Assembly: GCA_039621445.1 (NCBI GenBank)
Contig: CP154954.1
Location: 11,133,229 to 11,197,228 of the forward strand
DNA from: Euglena gracilis
Lineage: Eukaryota
Length of the DNA: 64,000 nt
Direction of reading: 5' to 3'
Of this stretch, positions 10,845-23,100 are shown in pieces. Below the pieces are notes generated by a model. The model saw only the letters and a program-made list of their open reading frames with translations. It searched no databases and was not told the origin of the DNA. The position numbers were made by a program, and so were the translations under genes. Numbering within the stretch: position 1 is the stretch's first letter; the number at the start of each line of letters is the position of its first letter.

Positions 10845-12516
10845 TGTGGGCGGCGCCAGGTTTAAAATTTAAAAACCCAAAATTGAATTAGGAGGCGCCT
10901 ATCCTAATTACAAAATTTCTGTTTTTGCAGCTGCAACTGTCCTGAACTCTTTGACTCAAGGAAGGCCTGAGCGCCAGATGAAGATTTCAAGTCTTGGTTT
11001 GTGCCATGCTGAAGGAAAGTGAGTGCTGCTGGAAAGGAAAAGTTTTCAAGTTTGACCACCAGTGGGTACAAGGAGACACTCAGAAAACACAAAGAGTTCA
11101 ATTGTTGCTCAAGGCCTGGAGGCCAAAAGTCAGCCAGTTTGGCCAGAAGAAATGGACATTTCAGAAAGTGTCAAGTCAGTGATTGTCAATGATGAAAAAA
11201 TCTGGGAAGATCAATGCTGCAGAAAACTGGGCTGGAAATCTGAGCTGTATGCAGTAAAATTTCAGTATGTTGTTGAAATCATTGACAGATTGGGATTGAA
11301 GACCCCCAACATTGATGCATTCAGTTTGGAAGAAAGCAAGAGATTCAAATGCTGGTGGGGACCTGGGTCACAATTTGTGGAAGATTCCTTCACAGTGAAG
11401 TGGACACATTCCATTGTTGGATTGTTGTGGGCAAATCCCCCCTTCAGCCTCATTGCAAATGTCATCCGCAAGCTGAAGAAGGATCATGGTCATGCGGTGT
11501 TGGTTGTCCCAAAGTGGGTTACTGCCCCCTGGTGGGAAGATCTTCAAGACATTGTTGTCAGAATGCTGGAGTATCCTTGTGCCACGCCGTTGTTTTTGAG
11601 TTGGTTGGGGCAGGGTTCACAGTCCCCCCCACAAAATGGCCAGTACAAGTGGCATTTGTCTGTGGAACGATAAGTCAATGTTTCAAATTGGCAAAAGTTC
11701 CCAATTCAATTTCAAGTTCAGCAAAAAGGAGAGTGAGGAGGCAAAAGATGAAAGGAGGGTCCTCCCCACAAGTGCCCCTTAGGCTCCAGGTCGGCACAGG
11801 GGACAGCCCAAATTTCAGTGATTCAAGTGGTGAAGTCTCTTTGCAATGATTGTGTGTTCAATCTGAGCCCCCTCCTTGCAAAGTGGGCTTTGAGTTTGTG
11901 CTGGCCAGTGGCCCAGGCCCAGGGCCCAGGTCGGAGAACCGCTACAAGGGGGCCTACCCACAGGCCCTGGGACTCCCCCTGGCAGCCCCCCACTGGCCCC
12001 CTCATCCCAGGAGTGCCCTGGGGAAGGTTGGGAGGGGGACCAACCTTTCCCAGGGTGCCCCAAGGGCTCTGGGGTGGGCTGGTGGCCCTGTGGCCCCCCT
12101 ACTTGTGCTGGACATTTTTGGACTAAATCCCTGTCAGCTGTATTATATCCCTGACTCAGCGTTCAAAAATTTAAAAAAAACAAATTTCAGCCGCCCCCCC
12201 CAAAAAAGGCCAATTTTGGCGCCGCAAAAAATTGCCGAAGGCAGTGGGCACGAAGTGTCCAGAGAGGGGTGTGTGGGCGGCGCCAGGTTTAAAATTTAAA
12301 AACCCAAAATTGAATTGGGAGGCGCCTATCCTAATTACAAAATTTCTGTTTTTGCAGCTGAAACTGTCCTGAACTCTTTGACTCAAGGAAGGCCTGAGCG
12401 CCAGATGAAGATTTCAAGTCTTGGATTGTGCTATGCTGAAGGAAAGTGGGTGCTGCTGGAAAGGAAAAGTTTTCAAGTTTGACCCCCAGTGGGTACAAGG
12501 AGACACTCAGAAAACA
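10845..12516 (+). mobile_element. Miniature LTR element (1672 bp) carrying only an adenine MTase ORF
   Basis: 245-bp LTRs 10845-11089 and 12272-12516 (TG...CA); PPT AGAGAGGGG 12261-12269; TSD ATAC 10841-10844/12517-12520; empty site in B near 43310. Confidence 0.94.
11152..11849 (+). CDS. DNA N6-adenine methyltransferase (Dam/DIRS-type), with one apparent frameshift in a T run at ~11596
   Basis: NIDAFS...DSFTVKW...LLWANPPFSLIANVIRKLKKDHGHAVLVVPKWVTAPWW with intact NPPF at 11434-11445. The C-terminus FELVGAGFTVPP continues in another frame to 11849. Confidence 0.82.
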
Positions 12517-15500
12517 ATACACCCGGAAACTCTCCCATTGTCCGTGGGACGGCAGGGATCCTGCGGGGTGTCGGTGGTCGTGGGGGTATTTCTTCCACTT
12601 CCATTTTGACATCCGGTCGAGGAGGTTGATCCTCCACAACCGCTGGCGCAGGTGCTACGGCAGGTTGATCCTCCGTTGTAGCCGTTGCGACAGATGTCTC
12701 TGTCGGTTGGGGTTCATCCCCTGAAGATGGTTGCGCTGCTGCCGGAGGTGGGGTGCCGGGACACCGATATCCGGCGTCTCCACAACCTCAGTGGCAGAGC
12801 TTGATACTACGCCTCCACCTCGTGGCGTCAGTGCAGAAGCCACGGCAGTAATGCCAGTGACGACGGCGCCGAGCACACGGCCTCCTAATGAGGTGCGTGC
12901 TGTGGGGCTGGCAGGTTCTTCGAGGGTATCCTCGATGACCATACCAGTCACCTCAGCTTCAGGCTCAGCCTCCGGGAGAGGCGTTGCAGCCACAGGTATA
13001 TCCCCTGTGGGTGCTTCGTCTGGCCGAGGCTGTGCCGGGGCAGGCAGAGAAGCGTAGAGGATAGCCTCCACGTTCTCGCCTTCCTCCTGAGGGAGTTCCT
13101 CGTCTCCACCTGCCGGTGGACAGACGGGAGCCGCCGCCGCGGGGGCCGGGGAGACTGATCGTTCCCCTGCCGCCCGTGGGACAGAGACGAAGGATACAGC
13201 CGTCCCTGTCGGAGACAGCGGCGCTGCCTCCAGGATAGTGACGGAGGTGCTGCGGTCGCGATCCTCTCGCCGCGTAATCGCGGTGGTGGAAGCGACTGAA
13301 GCCTCACGTCTCCTTCGCGCCAGAGGTTCATCCTCCGGGGCGATGAAGGCGCGCAGATCCTCGGGCGAACGCGGATCGTCGGGGTGCCATCGGCATCCCT
13401 GAGCATCCGCCAGCCTGTAAAAGGCCAGCGTACTGCTGCGGGGCTGTTGGGCCAGGGTGGCGGCCATGATGGCTGCACCCAGGCGTTGGCAGGCCTTTTT
13501 GGGCCCAGAACACCGCGGTAACGCGTGTTTTCCCAGACGTTGAAAACGCCCTCCTCGAACTCCTGAACGCATGCCAGAATCGGCATACGCTGTTCGAGGA
13601 TGGCCTCCGGGTGACACATCAGCGGGAGGAATACCTCCCGGTCGAGGGTACCGCCAAACTGTCGCCGCAAATGTTCCTCCATGCTGATATCAGCCAGGTG
13701 CCAGTTGGGGCGCAGGTGGCCGAGAATCCGACGACGAGGACCCTCGATGGCGTCACCGTAATTCGGTGGCAGGCTTTCCATACCAGGCCTATCGTCCTGG
13801 GGGTCACGGAGATGTATATACACCTCCATGACATGGGTGGTCCAGGCTCGCCACCAGAACTGCTGCAGCATAAAAATACGCTGCTTTTGGACGCGGCGAC
13901 TTTTGCCCTGGACATCCGGGGCGTCGCGGCACACATGCATATAAGCATGCGGCGTCCCATCTGCAGGCCCGGGTTTTCCCGAGGCGGTGGAGGACTTCCG
14001 CGCACGCCTAATCCCCAGAAGTCGACAGGAAATTACTGCCGGCAGTACTTACAGCAGAGGTCTTACCTCTGCGGGTAAGCCAGGGAAACGCGCTTAACGC
14101 GGAAGGTGGAGTCGTAATGGCTCACCAGCCACACCTGGAGGTTGTTGCACCACAACACCTCGATCAGGCGTTCGATGTCGGGGTGTAGTGGGTAGAATTC
14201 CTACTGCACGCCGAGGGGTCCGACTGTATGAATACAGTCGTAGATTGCCTTCAGCCTTCGGGCCAACACACGCTGGTCCCGAAATCTCAACTGGTGCAGG
14301 TAACTGCGACCAGTGGAGTCGCTGAAGAGACCCCAGTTCTGGCAGGGGTATCCCAGCCAAAACCAGAGCTCCCAGAAACCTGGCTGGGTTTCCAGCAAGG
14401 GTCTGCGACCTTCACCTTCGAAGGCGTACAGATCTATCCCGTAATGGAATAGTCTGACTCGGTTCTCGCTGTGGCGTAATACCACATCGATGACTGCTTG
14501 TGGAGGGGTGACGGGGCGGTTTCCTGCAATATGGTAACCATGCTGCATTCGCCAGCCTTCGTCCTCCAGCTCCTCCTTGAACCTGAGCATATGCTCAAAG
14601 TCCGAGAGGACTTCTGCTGGTTCCTCTTCCTCCTCACGTGCTGTTCCCTTACCTTTACCCTCACCCTTCCCTTTGCCGGCCACGTCTTTGCCTTCTCCCT
14701 TGCCTTTGCCCTCAGCCCTGCCTGTGTCCTTTCCCGTCTGGGGAATACCAGAGGGTCGGGCGCTCGGTGCCGCCGGAGTCGGTTCGGTTCCTTCCCATTC
14801 CATCTCTGGGGAGGGACCTGGCCGACCCGCTGCACGTCGCGGTGACGGCGTGGCTGGGGGTTGGCTAGGAGTCTGGCGTGGGCTTGGCTTCGGCGCAGGT
14901 GGTCGCGGCTCCTTCCATACCGGAGGGATCGGCGGTGGTATTGCGGCAACAGGACGGCTCATCGCCACCTGTGCCTCTGCCGGTGGTTTTCCAGCCGGGG
15001 TATCCTGGCTGGCTTCCACCTGCATCGCCACACCGCCTTCCGCGTCCCGTGGGCTGGGTCGCCTGGGCTGTGGGGTAAGGTTCTCCGTAGTCCTGTCGCG
15101 CTGCAGGGTGGCAGGTAATACTGCCACACCTGCCGGGGGCTAGCCGGGTAATACCGGGGTTGCCACCCGCAGCTGCGGCTGGTACGGATGGCATGGGGTG
15201 TATCCACGGCCTGAAGGGCAGCCAGAGAGGAGTAATACCTCGACCGGTGCTCTTCAGACACGAATACTGGCTCCTGCAGGAAGTGCCGAGCAAGCTCATC
15301 CTGCTCGGTTTCCGGAGGTGCCATGTGATAGTAGGGAGTCTCCTGCCGACGGATGATATCCGCAGTCTGGACAGGAGCTGCACTGGGCGGTCGGGCTGCC
15401 ACACGGTGGGGAGGTTCATCCTCCACCACTATGGGCTCCGCCTGCCGCCGTGGCTCAACGCCAGGGACAGGGGCGACCGGTGATGCCTGTGGAATCCAGT

Positions 15501-15659
15501 GCATGAACATGTGTTGGACGTATGCCTCAGGGGGCACGTCCGACTGTCCGGCTGGGAGCATGCGTGCGCCGCGCGGGTAATCCGCGTGCGTCCCGTACTG
15601 CGAGACAAATTGCTCCGCAGGCGGCTCGCGCGGCGGCATTCGCTGCGGCGAGGGCGGGC

Positions 15660-18600
15660 TGTGGGAGGGCGGCTGGCACCAGCAAAAATTAGGAAGAGCA
15701 AAGCCTAATTCACACAAAAAATTGCCATTTCACTTTGTAGGTGGCAAAAAGCTGAATACCTTGTTCAAATCGTCTTGGAAGACTTTGTTTTGATGCCTTG
15801 CATTGGGTTTTACTGGTGGAAGTTCCGGCGGAAGGATTACAAAAAAGTGGTATTTTGAAGCGCTGAAGCCAGAAAATCCAAGTGAATTCCCAGGAAAGAG
15901 ACATCTCAGAAAACTCAAGGTATTCTGGTTTGCCAAGGCATGTTGTTCAAGTATCAGTGAAAGAACCATCGAAGAAAGACATTTAGAAGTGAAATGCAGC
16001 TGGGGCTGCCAGCAGCAGGAGGAGGAATCCAAGGAGGAGGAGGAGGAGATCAACAACCTCCAGAACCTGCAGTAAGCTGTGGTATGTACTGCTGATGGAC
16101 ACCCTGCTCATGCTGCAGATTGTAATTTGCAGCTGGGTGTTGGATGGTTGAAAACATTTGGAACAGATTCTGTGACAGTTTTCTGCAGTTTGTGCTTTTG
16201 TTTGGGTTGGGAGTCCGTTGCTGGAAAGTTCGGGCCACGTAGCCCCTTTTGCCACACCATTTATGGGTTGGGAGGCACTTTCCAAAAGCAAATTTGGGCC
16301 CAGCAGCCCCAGGACACACCAGGCAAAATGCGCATGTCATTTCCAGAAGTTCTGTACTGCTGTGATGGGTTGGGAGGCAAATGCTTTAGCATTTTTGGGC
16401 CCAGCAGCCCCTTATGCCACACCACACACTGTGCAACTCAGTTTCAATTGTCCATTTGTGTTGTAAATCCTTTGGGCAGTCAATGGTACCTGATTCGGCT
16501 CGGATCAATGCACACAATTTTGGGCAGAAGAAAGTTCAACATGTCAATGTCAGAAAAAGATTTGCAGAATCCATTGTCAGAATTTCAATGTCAATTTTGG
16601 ATTTTTGAAAATGTTGGTTCCTGGCCCTGCCATTTTGTGGGTGCCGCTTCAAGGGGGCCCTGCCCTGGCATTCACATTTGGCAACCCGAGCCGGCCTGGG
16701 CTTCTGGGGGGCCTTCTGGGATAACTTGTGGTTTCTGGGGGGAAACCACAGGTTCCTCAGATGGCGTCCCAAATGGGCCCAGGAGTGGGCAAGGGGGGGT
16801 CATGGAGGGTTGTGTTGTATTGGCTGGGATTGCTGGCAGCAGCTGCTTTACGCTTTAATTGGTTTTGTTGTACATTATCTCCTCGACAGCGCCCCCCCCA
16901 CCTGAAAAAAAAAAAACCACCCCCAGACCAAAAATCCCCAGATCAATGCCAGCCGCCTAACTTCGTAGGTTGTCGGCATTGGCCTGGGAGGGGTGTGTGG
17001 GAGGGCGGCTGGCTACAGCAAAAATTAGGAAGAGCAAAGCCTAATTCACACAAAAAATTGCCATTTTACTTTGTAGGTGGCAATAAGCTGAATACCTTGT
17101 TCAAAACGTCTTGGAAGACTTTGTTTTGATGCCTTGCATTGGGTTTTACTGGTGGAAGTTCCGGCGGAAGGATTACAAAAAAGTGGTATTTTGAAGCGCT
17201 GAAGCCAGAAAATCCAAGTGAATTCCCAGGAAAGAGACATCTCAGAAAACTCAAGGTATTCTGGTTTGCCAAGGCATGTTGTTCAAGTATCAGTGAAAGA
17301 ACCATCGAAGAAAGACACTTAGAAGTGAAATGCAGCTGGGGCTGCCAGCAGCAGGAGGAGGAATCCAAGGAGGAGGAGGAGATCAACAACCTCCAGAACC
17401 TGCAGTAAGCTGTGGTATGTACTGCTGATGGACACCCTGCTCATGCTGCAGATTGTAATTTGCAGCTGGGTGTTGGATGGTTGAAAACATTTGGAACAGA
17501 TTCTGTGACAGTTTTCTGCAGTTTGTGCTTTTGTTTGGGTTGGGAGTCCGTTGCTGGAAAGTTCGGGCCACGTAGCCCCTTTTGCCACACCATTTATGGG
17601 TTGGGAGGCACTTTCCAAAAGCAAATTTGGGCCCAGCAGCCCCAGGACACACCAGGCAAAATGCGCATGTCATTTCCAGAAGTTCTGTACTGCTGTGATG
17701 GGTTGGGAGGCAAATGCTTTAGCATTTTTGGGCCCAGCAGCCCCTTATGCCACACCACACACTGTGCAACTCAGTTTCAATTGTCCATTTGTGTTGTAAA
17801 TCCTTTGGGCAGTCAATGGTACCTGATTCGGCTCGGATCAATGCACACAATTTTGGGCAGAAGAAAGTTCAACATGTCAATGTCAGAAAAAGATTTGCAG
17901 AATCCATTGTCAGAATTTCAATGTCAATTTTGGATTTTTGAAAATGTTGGTTCCTGGCCCTGCCATTTTGTGGGTGCCGCTTCAAGGGGGCCCTGCCCTG
18001 GCATTCACATTTGGCAACCCGAGCCGGCCTGGGCTTCTGGGGGGTCTTCTGGGATAACTTGTGGTTTCTGGGGGGAAACCACAGGTTCCTCAGATGGCGT
18101 CCCAAATGGGCCCAGGAGTGGGCAAGGGGGGGTCATGGAGGGTTGTGTTGTATTGGCTGGGATTGCTGGCAGCAGCTGCTTTACGCTTTAATTGGTTTTG
18201 TTGTACATTATCTCCTCGACAGCGCCCCCCCCCCACCTGAAAAAAAAAAACCACCCCCAGACCAAAAATCCCCAGATCAATGCCAGCCGCCTAACTTCGT
18301 AGGTTGTCGGCATTGGCCTGGGAGGGGTGTGTGGGAGGGCGGCTGGCTACAGCAAAAATTAGGAAGAGCAAAGCCTAATTCACACAAAAAATTGCCATTT
18401 TACTTTGTAGGTGGCAATAAGCTGAATACCTTGTTCAAAACGTCTTGGAAGACTTTGTTTTGATGCCTTGCATTGGGTTTTACTGGTGGAAGTTCCGGCG
18501 GAAGGAATACAAAAAAGTGGTATTTTGAAGCGCTGAAGCCAGAAAATCCAAGTGAATTCCCAGGAAAGAGACATCTCAGAAAACTCAAGGTATTCTGGAT

Positions 18601-19343
18601 TTTGGATTCTGGATTTTGGGCAGAAGAAAGTTCAACATGTCAATGTCAAAAAAAAAGATTTGCAGAATCAATTGTCAGAATTTCAATGTCAGTTTTGGAT
18701 TTTGAAAATGTTGGTGCCTGGCCCTGCCATTTTGTGGGTGCCGCTTCAAGGGGGCCCTGCCCTGGCATTCACAATTGGCAACCCGAGCCAGCCTGGGCTT
18801 CTGGGGGGCCTTCTGGGATAACTTGTGGTTTCTGGGGGGAAACCACAGGTTCCTCAGATGGCGTCCCAAATGGGCCCAGGAGTGGGCAAGGGGGGGTCAT
18901 GGAGGATTGTGTTGTATTGGCTGGGATTGCTGGCAGCAGCTGCTTTACGCTTTAATCGGTTTTGTTGTACATTACACAGTCGACAGCGCCCCCCCCCCTA
19001 AAAAAAAAACCACCCCCAGACCAAAATCCCCAGATCAATGCCAGCCGCCCAACTTCGTGGGTTGTCGGCATTGGCCTGGGAGGGGTGTGTGGGAGGGCGG
19101 CTGGCACCAGCAAAAATTAGGAAGAGCAAAGCCTAATTCACACAAAAAATTGCCATTTCACTTTGTAGGTGGCAAAAAGCTGAATACCTTGTTCAAATCG
19201 TCTTGGAACACTTTGTTTTGATGCCTTGCATTGGGTTTTACTGGTGGAAGTTCCGGCGGAAGGATTACAAAAAAGTGGTATTTTGAAGCGCTGAAGCCAG
19301 AAAATCCAAGTGAATTCCCAGAAAAAAGACATCTCAGAAAACT
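15660..19343 (+). mobile_element. Tandem TRIM-like non-autonomous LTR element (4 LTRs) inserted in ORF3 of element A
   Basis: Same structure as 2241-5955. TSD GGGC at 15656-15659 and 19344-19347. No recognisable protein in the internal region. Confidence 0.92.
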
Positions 19344-20163
19344 GGGCGAGCAAAAATTTTCGTCATCCCAGGTGGGACATGCACAGCCTCACCTACCGGT
19401 GGGGGCGTGTGCTCACGCATATGCACGGTGTGGGATCCCACCGGCGTCTGCGTTTGCAGCATGGGCGGCACATACATGCCCAGGTCCATCATTGTCTCGC
19501 CAGGCTCGAATCTGGAATCGGATGCCGACGAGAAATACCGTCTCCCCGTCATCAGGACTTGACCACAGGGACACCACTGAGCCACAGGCGTGTTGGCTAC
19601 CACCAACAACGGAGCACAGTATGCATCCCAAAGGGCTTGCATAAAGGGCTCCGTTGGGGGTGTGCGCACATACGCATCGCCCGCTCCAACGTCTCCATAG
19701 TGCGGAAGATCATCTCTCCCGTATACGGGGGCAGGCGCGATCTGCGCTGCGCTGGTGGCTGACGTGCCGGCTGCTGGACGGCAGATGGATATGGTACCGC
19801 ATATGCGGACCGGCTGCTGGTAGCCGCGGCGAATACCAGGGCTGAAACCCTCTCAGCATATGGGGCACCCGGAATCGGGGCCTCAGTTTACTGAGGGTAC
19901 TGGGGGTATGGCTCGCCAGAAGGCTGCGGCCATGGTGGACCTGGTCCAGGTCCGCGCCCAGGCAGCAGGATGCTACCCGAACGACGACGACAACTAAGGG
20001 TGACCTTGTTGTCAGTCGCTTTGAGTGCTGGTGCACTGAAAAAGGAAGGCTTCTATCTTAATCAAAAACTCTGCGAGAAAGATAGAGAAAGAAGGAAGTG
20101 CAGGGGGGGTATAAACGCGAAACATTCACGTAAAACACACGCATTCTCCAAAACGAAATCGTT

Positions 20164-23100
20164 TCAGAAAGTGTTTATGTTATTGCGCTTGTTCCACAGC
20201 TTCCAATCCTGCTGGATATATCCAACAAAACTGGATGCTGGCTCCCAAGTGTCCTCCTCTGGTCCATACCCTTTCCAGCGAGCTTTCCAGTAGTGCACAC
20301 CCCTGTCGACCTTGTGGTCTATTATCCTATCGACCACAAAGTCGTCCGTTTCAGGTAATCTGGAACGGGGCTTGAAATACAGGCAGGGGATAGCTTTTCC
20401 GTCTGGGGGGCTTAGGTACGGTTTGAAGTCGTCCATATGTGTTGAAGTTTTGTAAAAACTATTTCCGTTTGTTGGAATGAATTTCTGTGATACGTGATTG
20501 GACTGCAGAGCGGAGTGATTCCACTTCTGCAAACCACGTTTCACAGCTGACGCTACTTCGGGCGGGTTTCTCCGAAGGGACATCCCCTATGGCCGGAGGG
20601 TCCCGTCCGAAAACAATTTTGTACGGCGAGTGTGGTAATACCAACCCTGGCAAGGTATTGATGTAAAATAAACACCAATGAAGAACGGATAACCAATTCT
20701 TACCCGAGTTGGCCAGTGAAAGGCGAAGCATATTGACAACGGATTTCACGGCTGCCTCGGCTCTACCATTGCCTTTCGGGCGGTATATAATGGAAAAATG
20801 CTGCTCAATGCCGAGTAAACCGCACAAAGTTGTGAAAAACCGCGAAGAGATCAAGTGATCTTGATCACTCACAATTTCGTTCGGTAAACCCATTAAGCAG
20901 ATACATTTCTCCGGGAATATGGATGCCAGAATTTGGGCTGTCAACCCTGCTTTCCGGCATGGAATGGCTACAATGTACCCACTCAGCCGACAGACGACAA
21001 CAAAAATTGTAAATTTTGTCATCTGATCCTTTGCAAGGTTCAAGTTCGAGAAAGTCCATGCAGAGGGACGTAAAAGTGTCTGGTGGTACGGGGAAAAAGT
21101 CCATCGTACCAGGGGGGGTACCTCAGCGCGGTTTCACAGCCTGGCAAAATTGGCACCGTTGCGAAATTCGCAAACAGCGCGAATATAAATCTTTTTCACT
21201 CAGGGTTGTGCCATATCTGCGACCCACTAGTGAAAGAAGTTTGGGGGCCCCAGGGTGACGAATGTTGTGATACCTCAAAATCACATCATCAACCAGGTCT
21301 TGGGGTATACAATATTTATAACCGGAAACATTCCGGAAAATAAGCCGCAATGGTGATAGAGAGTAATTCTCTATGGATTCACCATTACGAAGTCTATTCA
21401 CAATGGTACTATATATAGGGTCACGCGAATATTCCCATTCGCGGAGAAATAGGGGGGTAGGAGTTTCCGTACGCGTAATGCGACGGGGTGCGGCAGTGCG
21501 TCCACGCCGGCGCCTTCCACGCAATGGTGAAATGGCGATGCTGCGATATACCCGGGAAACGGGTAGTGAACCGAGCATGTTGTCCGCAGCGTCGGATCGA
21601 CGTGCGAACTGGTCAGCCTCATGGCTGCCATGAAAAGTCGCATCACCCTCATCCGGGTTCCCAGGATAATACCAGGGGGCTCGGCTGAGAGGATCCGCAA
21701 CGTTTTGCGTGTGACCTGGGGTATAGATAACCACCAGGTTAAACTGGCTCAAGAACTCATGCCATCGGCATCTTCTGCCAACTGATGACATGGCCTTGTT
21801 TAGGTCCTCTGTATACCAGTGTTGAAGGCTCTCATGATCCGTCAACACGAGTATCTGGACAAAGCTGCTGGCTATCCAGCTGCGGAATGTCTGGAGAATA
21901 AGCACAATGGTATATGTCTCCTTTTCGCGAATGCTCCATTTAACCTGTCCTTTCCCGTTGTCGCCCTGTAGCTTCCTGCTGAAGAAAGACACAGGTCGGA
22001 GTTCATTCGCCGCATTATGCAGGCTAAGAACCCCGCCAACAGCGTAATCGCTGCTGTCGACTTCCAGGACATATTGTTTATATGGATCCGCGATATCGAG
22101 AACCACGTTCTCGAGCAGCAAGTCCTTGATTTTATTCAAGGCCTCGCGCATTTGGTCATCCCAAATGACTTTTGCGTTATCGGGTGTCCGATTTTTGAGT
22201 TGTCGGGTTAGGGGTACCGCGATTTTTTGCGAAATCTTTCATGTAAACCGCGTAATGTTGGGCTAATCCCAAAAATCCCTTTAAATGCGTTAAGGTCTTA
22301 ATGACATCAGGAGTCCATTTCTTAATGGCCTCCATCTTACTGGGTGCCGCTTTACGCTGCCCGTTGCTCAGGATATGCCCGCAAAACTTAATAATTTTGC
22401 AAAACAGGTGCATTTTGGAACCCTTCACAAAAAGCGCATGCTTTTTGAACGCAGATAATACCACCCGCACATCGTGATAGTGCGGTTCGAGGATAGCCTC
22501 GCCCGATTTCGCGGATGGCGGTTGGGTTCCCACCAGTACATCATCGATGTACACCAGAGCAAACGGTAAATCGCGCAAAACCCACTCTATCATGCGTTGA
22601 AACATGGCTGGGCCCATTCCTTACACCCATGGGAGTACCGTCCATTGGTACACACCCTTGGATGTCACGAATGCCGTGTACGGTTGCGAATCAGGATGCA
22701 AACGCATCTGATGGAAACCGTCTTCCAGATCAAAGATTGAGCACAACCGGTTATCCGATTGTCTGGTGATCAAATCTTTGATCAGCGGTAACGGGAAGGG
22801 GTCATCCTTCGTTTGGGAGTTCAGGTACCGGTAATCCAGCACTAGTCTCTACTTCTTTTGACCAGACTGGTCAGCGGGTTTGGGCACCACAAAAACCTGT
22901 GATGTCCATTCGCTCTTGGAAGGGATAATCCACTTCCGCTGGATGGGTTTCTCAATCATCTCGTTGAGAGCTTGTTCGCGTTCACCCGAACAACGGAAGA
23001 ATTTACGGTGCATGGGTTTAGCGCCATCCTTGAGCTCGATTTTGCAAACACCGAACGGGCCGCGAATCGCGGGGTCGATGTCGCTGGCGTATACTGGGTT

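Larger units (their letters stand above)
9089..19968 (-). pseudogene. ORF3 (additional sense ORF downstream of pol) of element A, interrupted by two mini-LTR insertions; product unknown
   Basis: Collinear with 41653-47133 of B. Start codon is CTG here and ATG in B. Pro-rich linkers, Trp/Cys-rich globular blocks, and an 8-Cys cluster at ~9853-10066. Confidence 0.8.
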
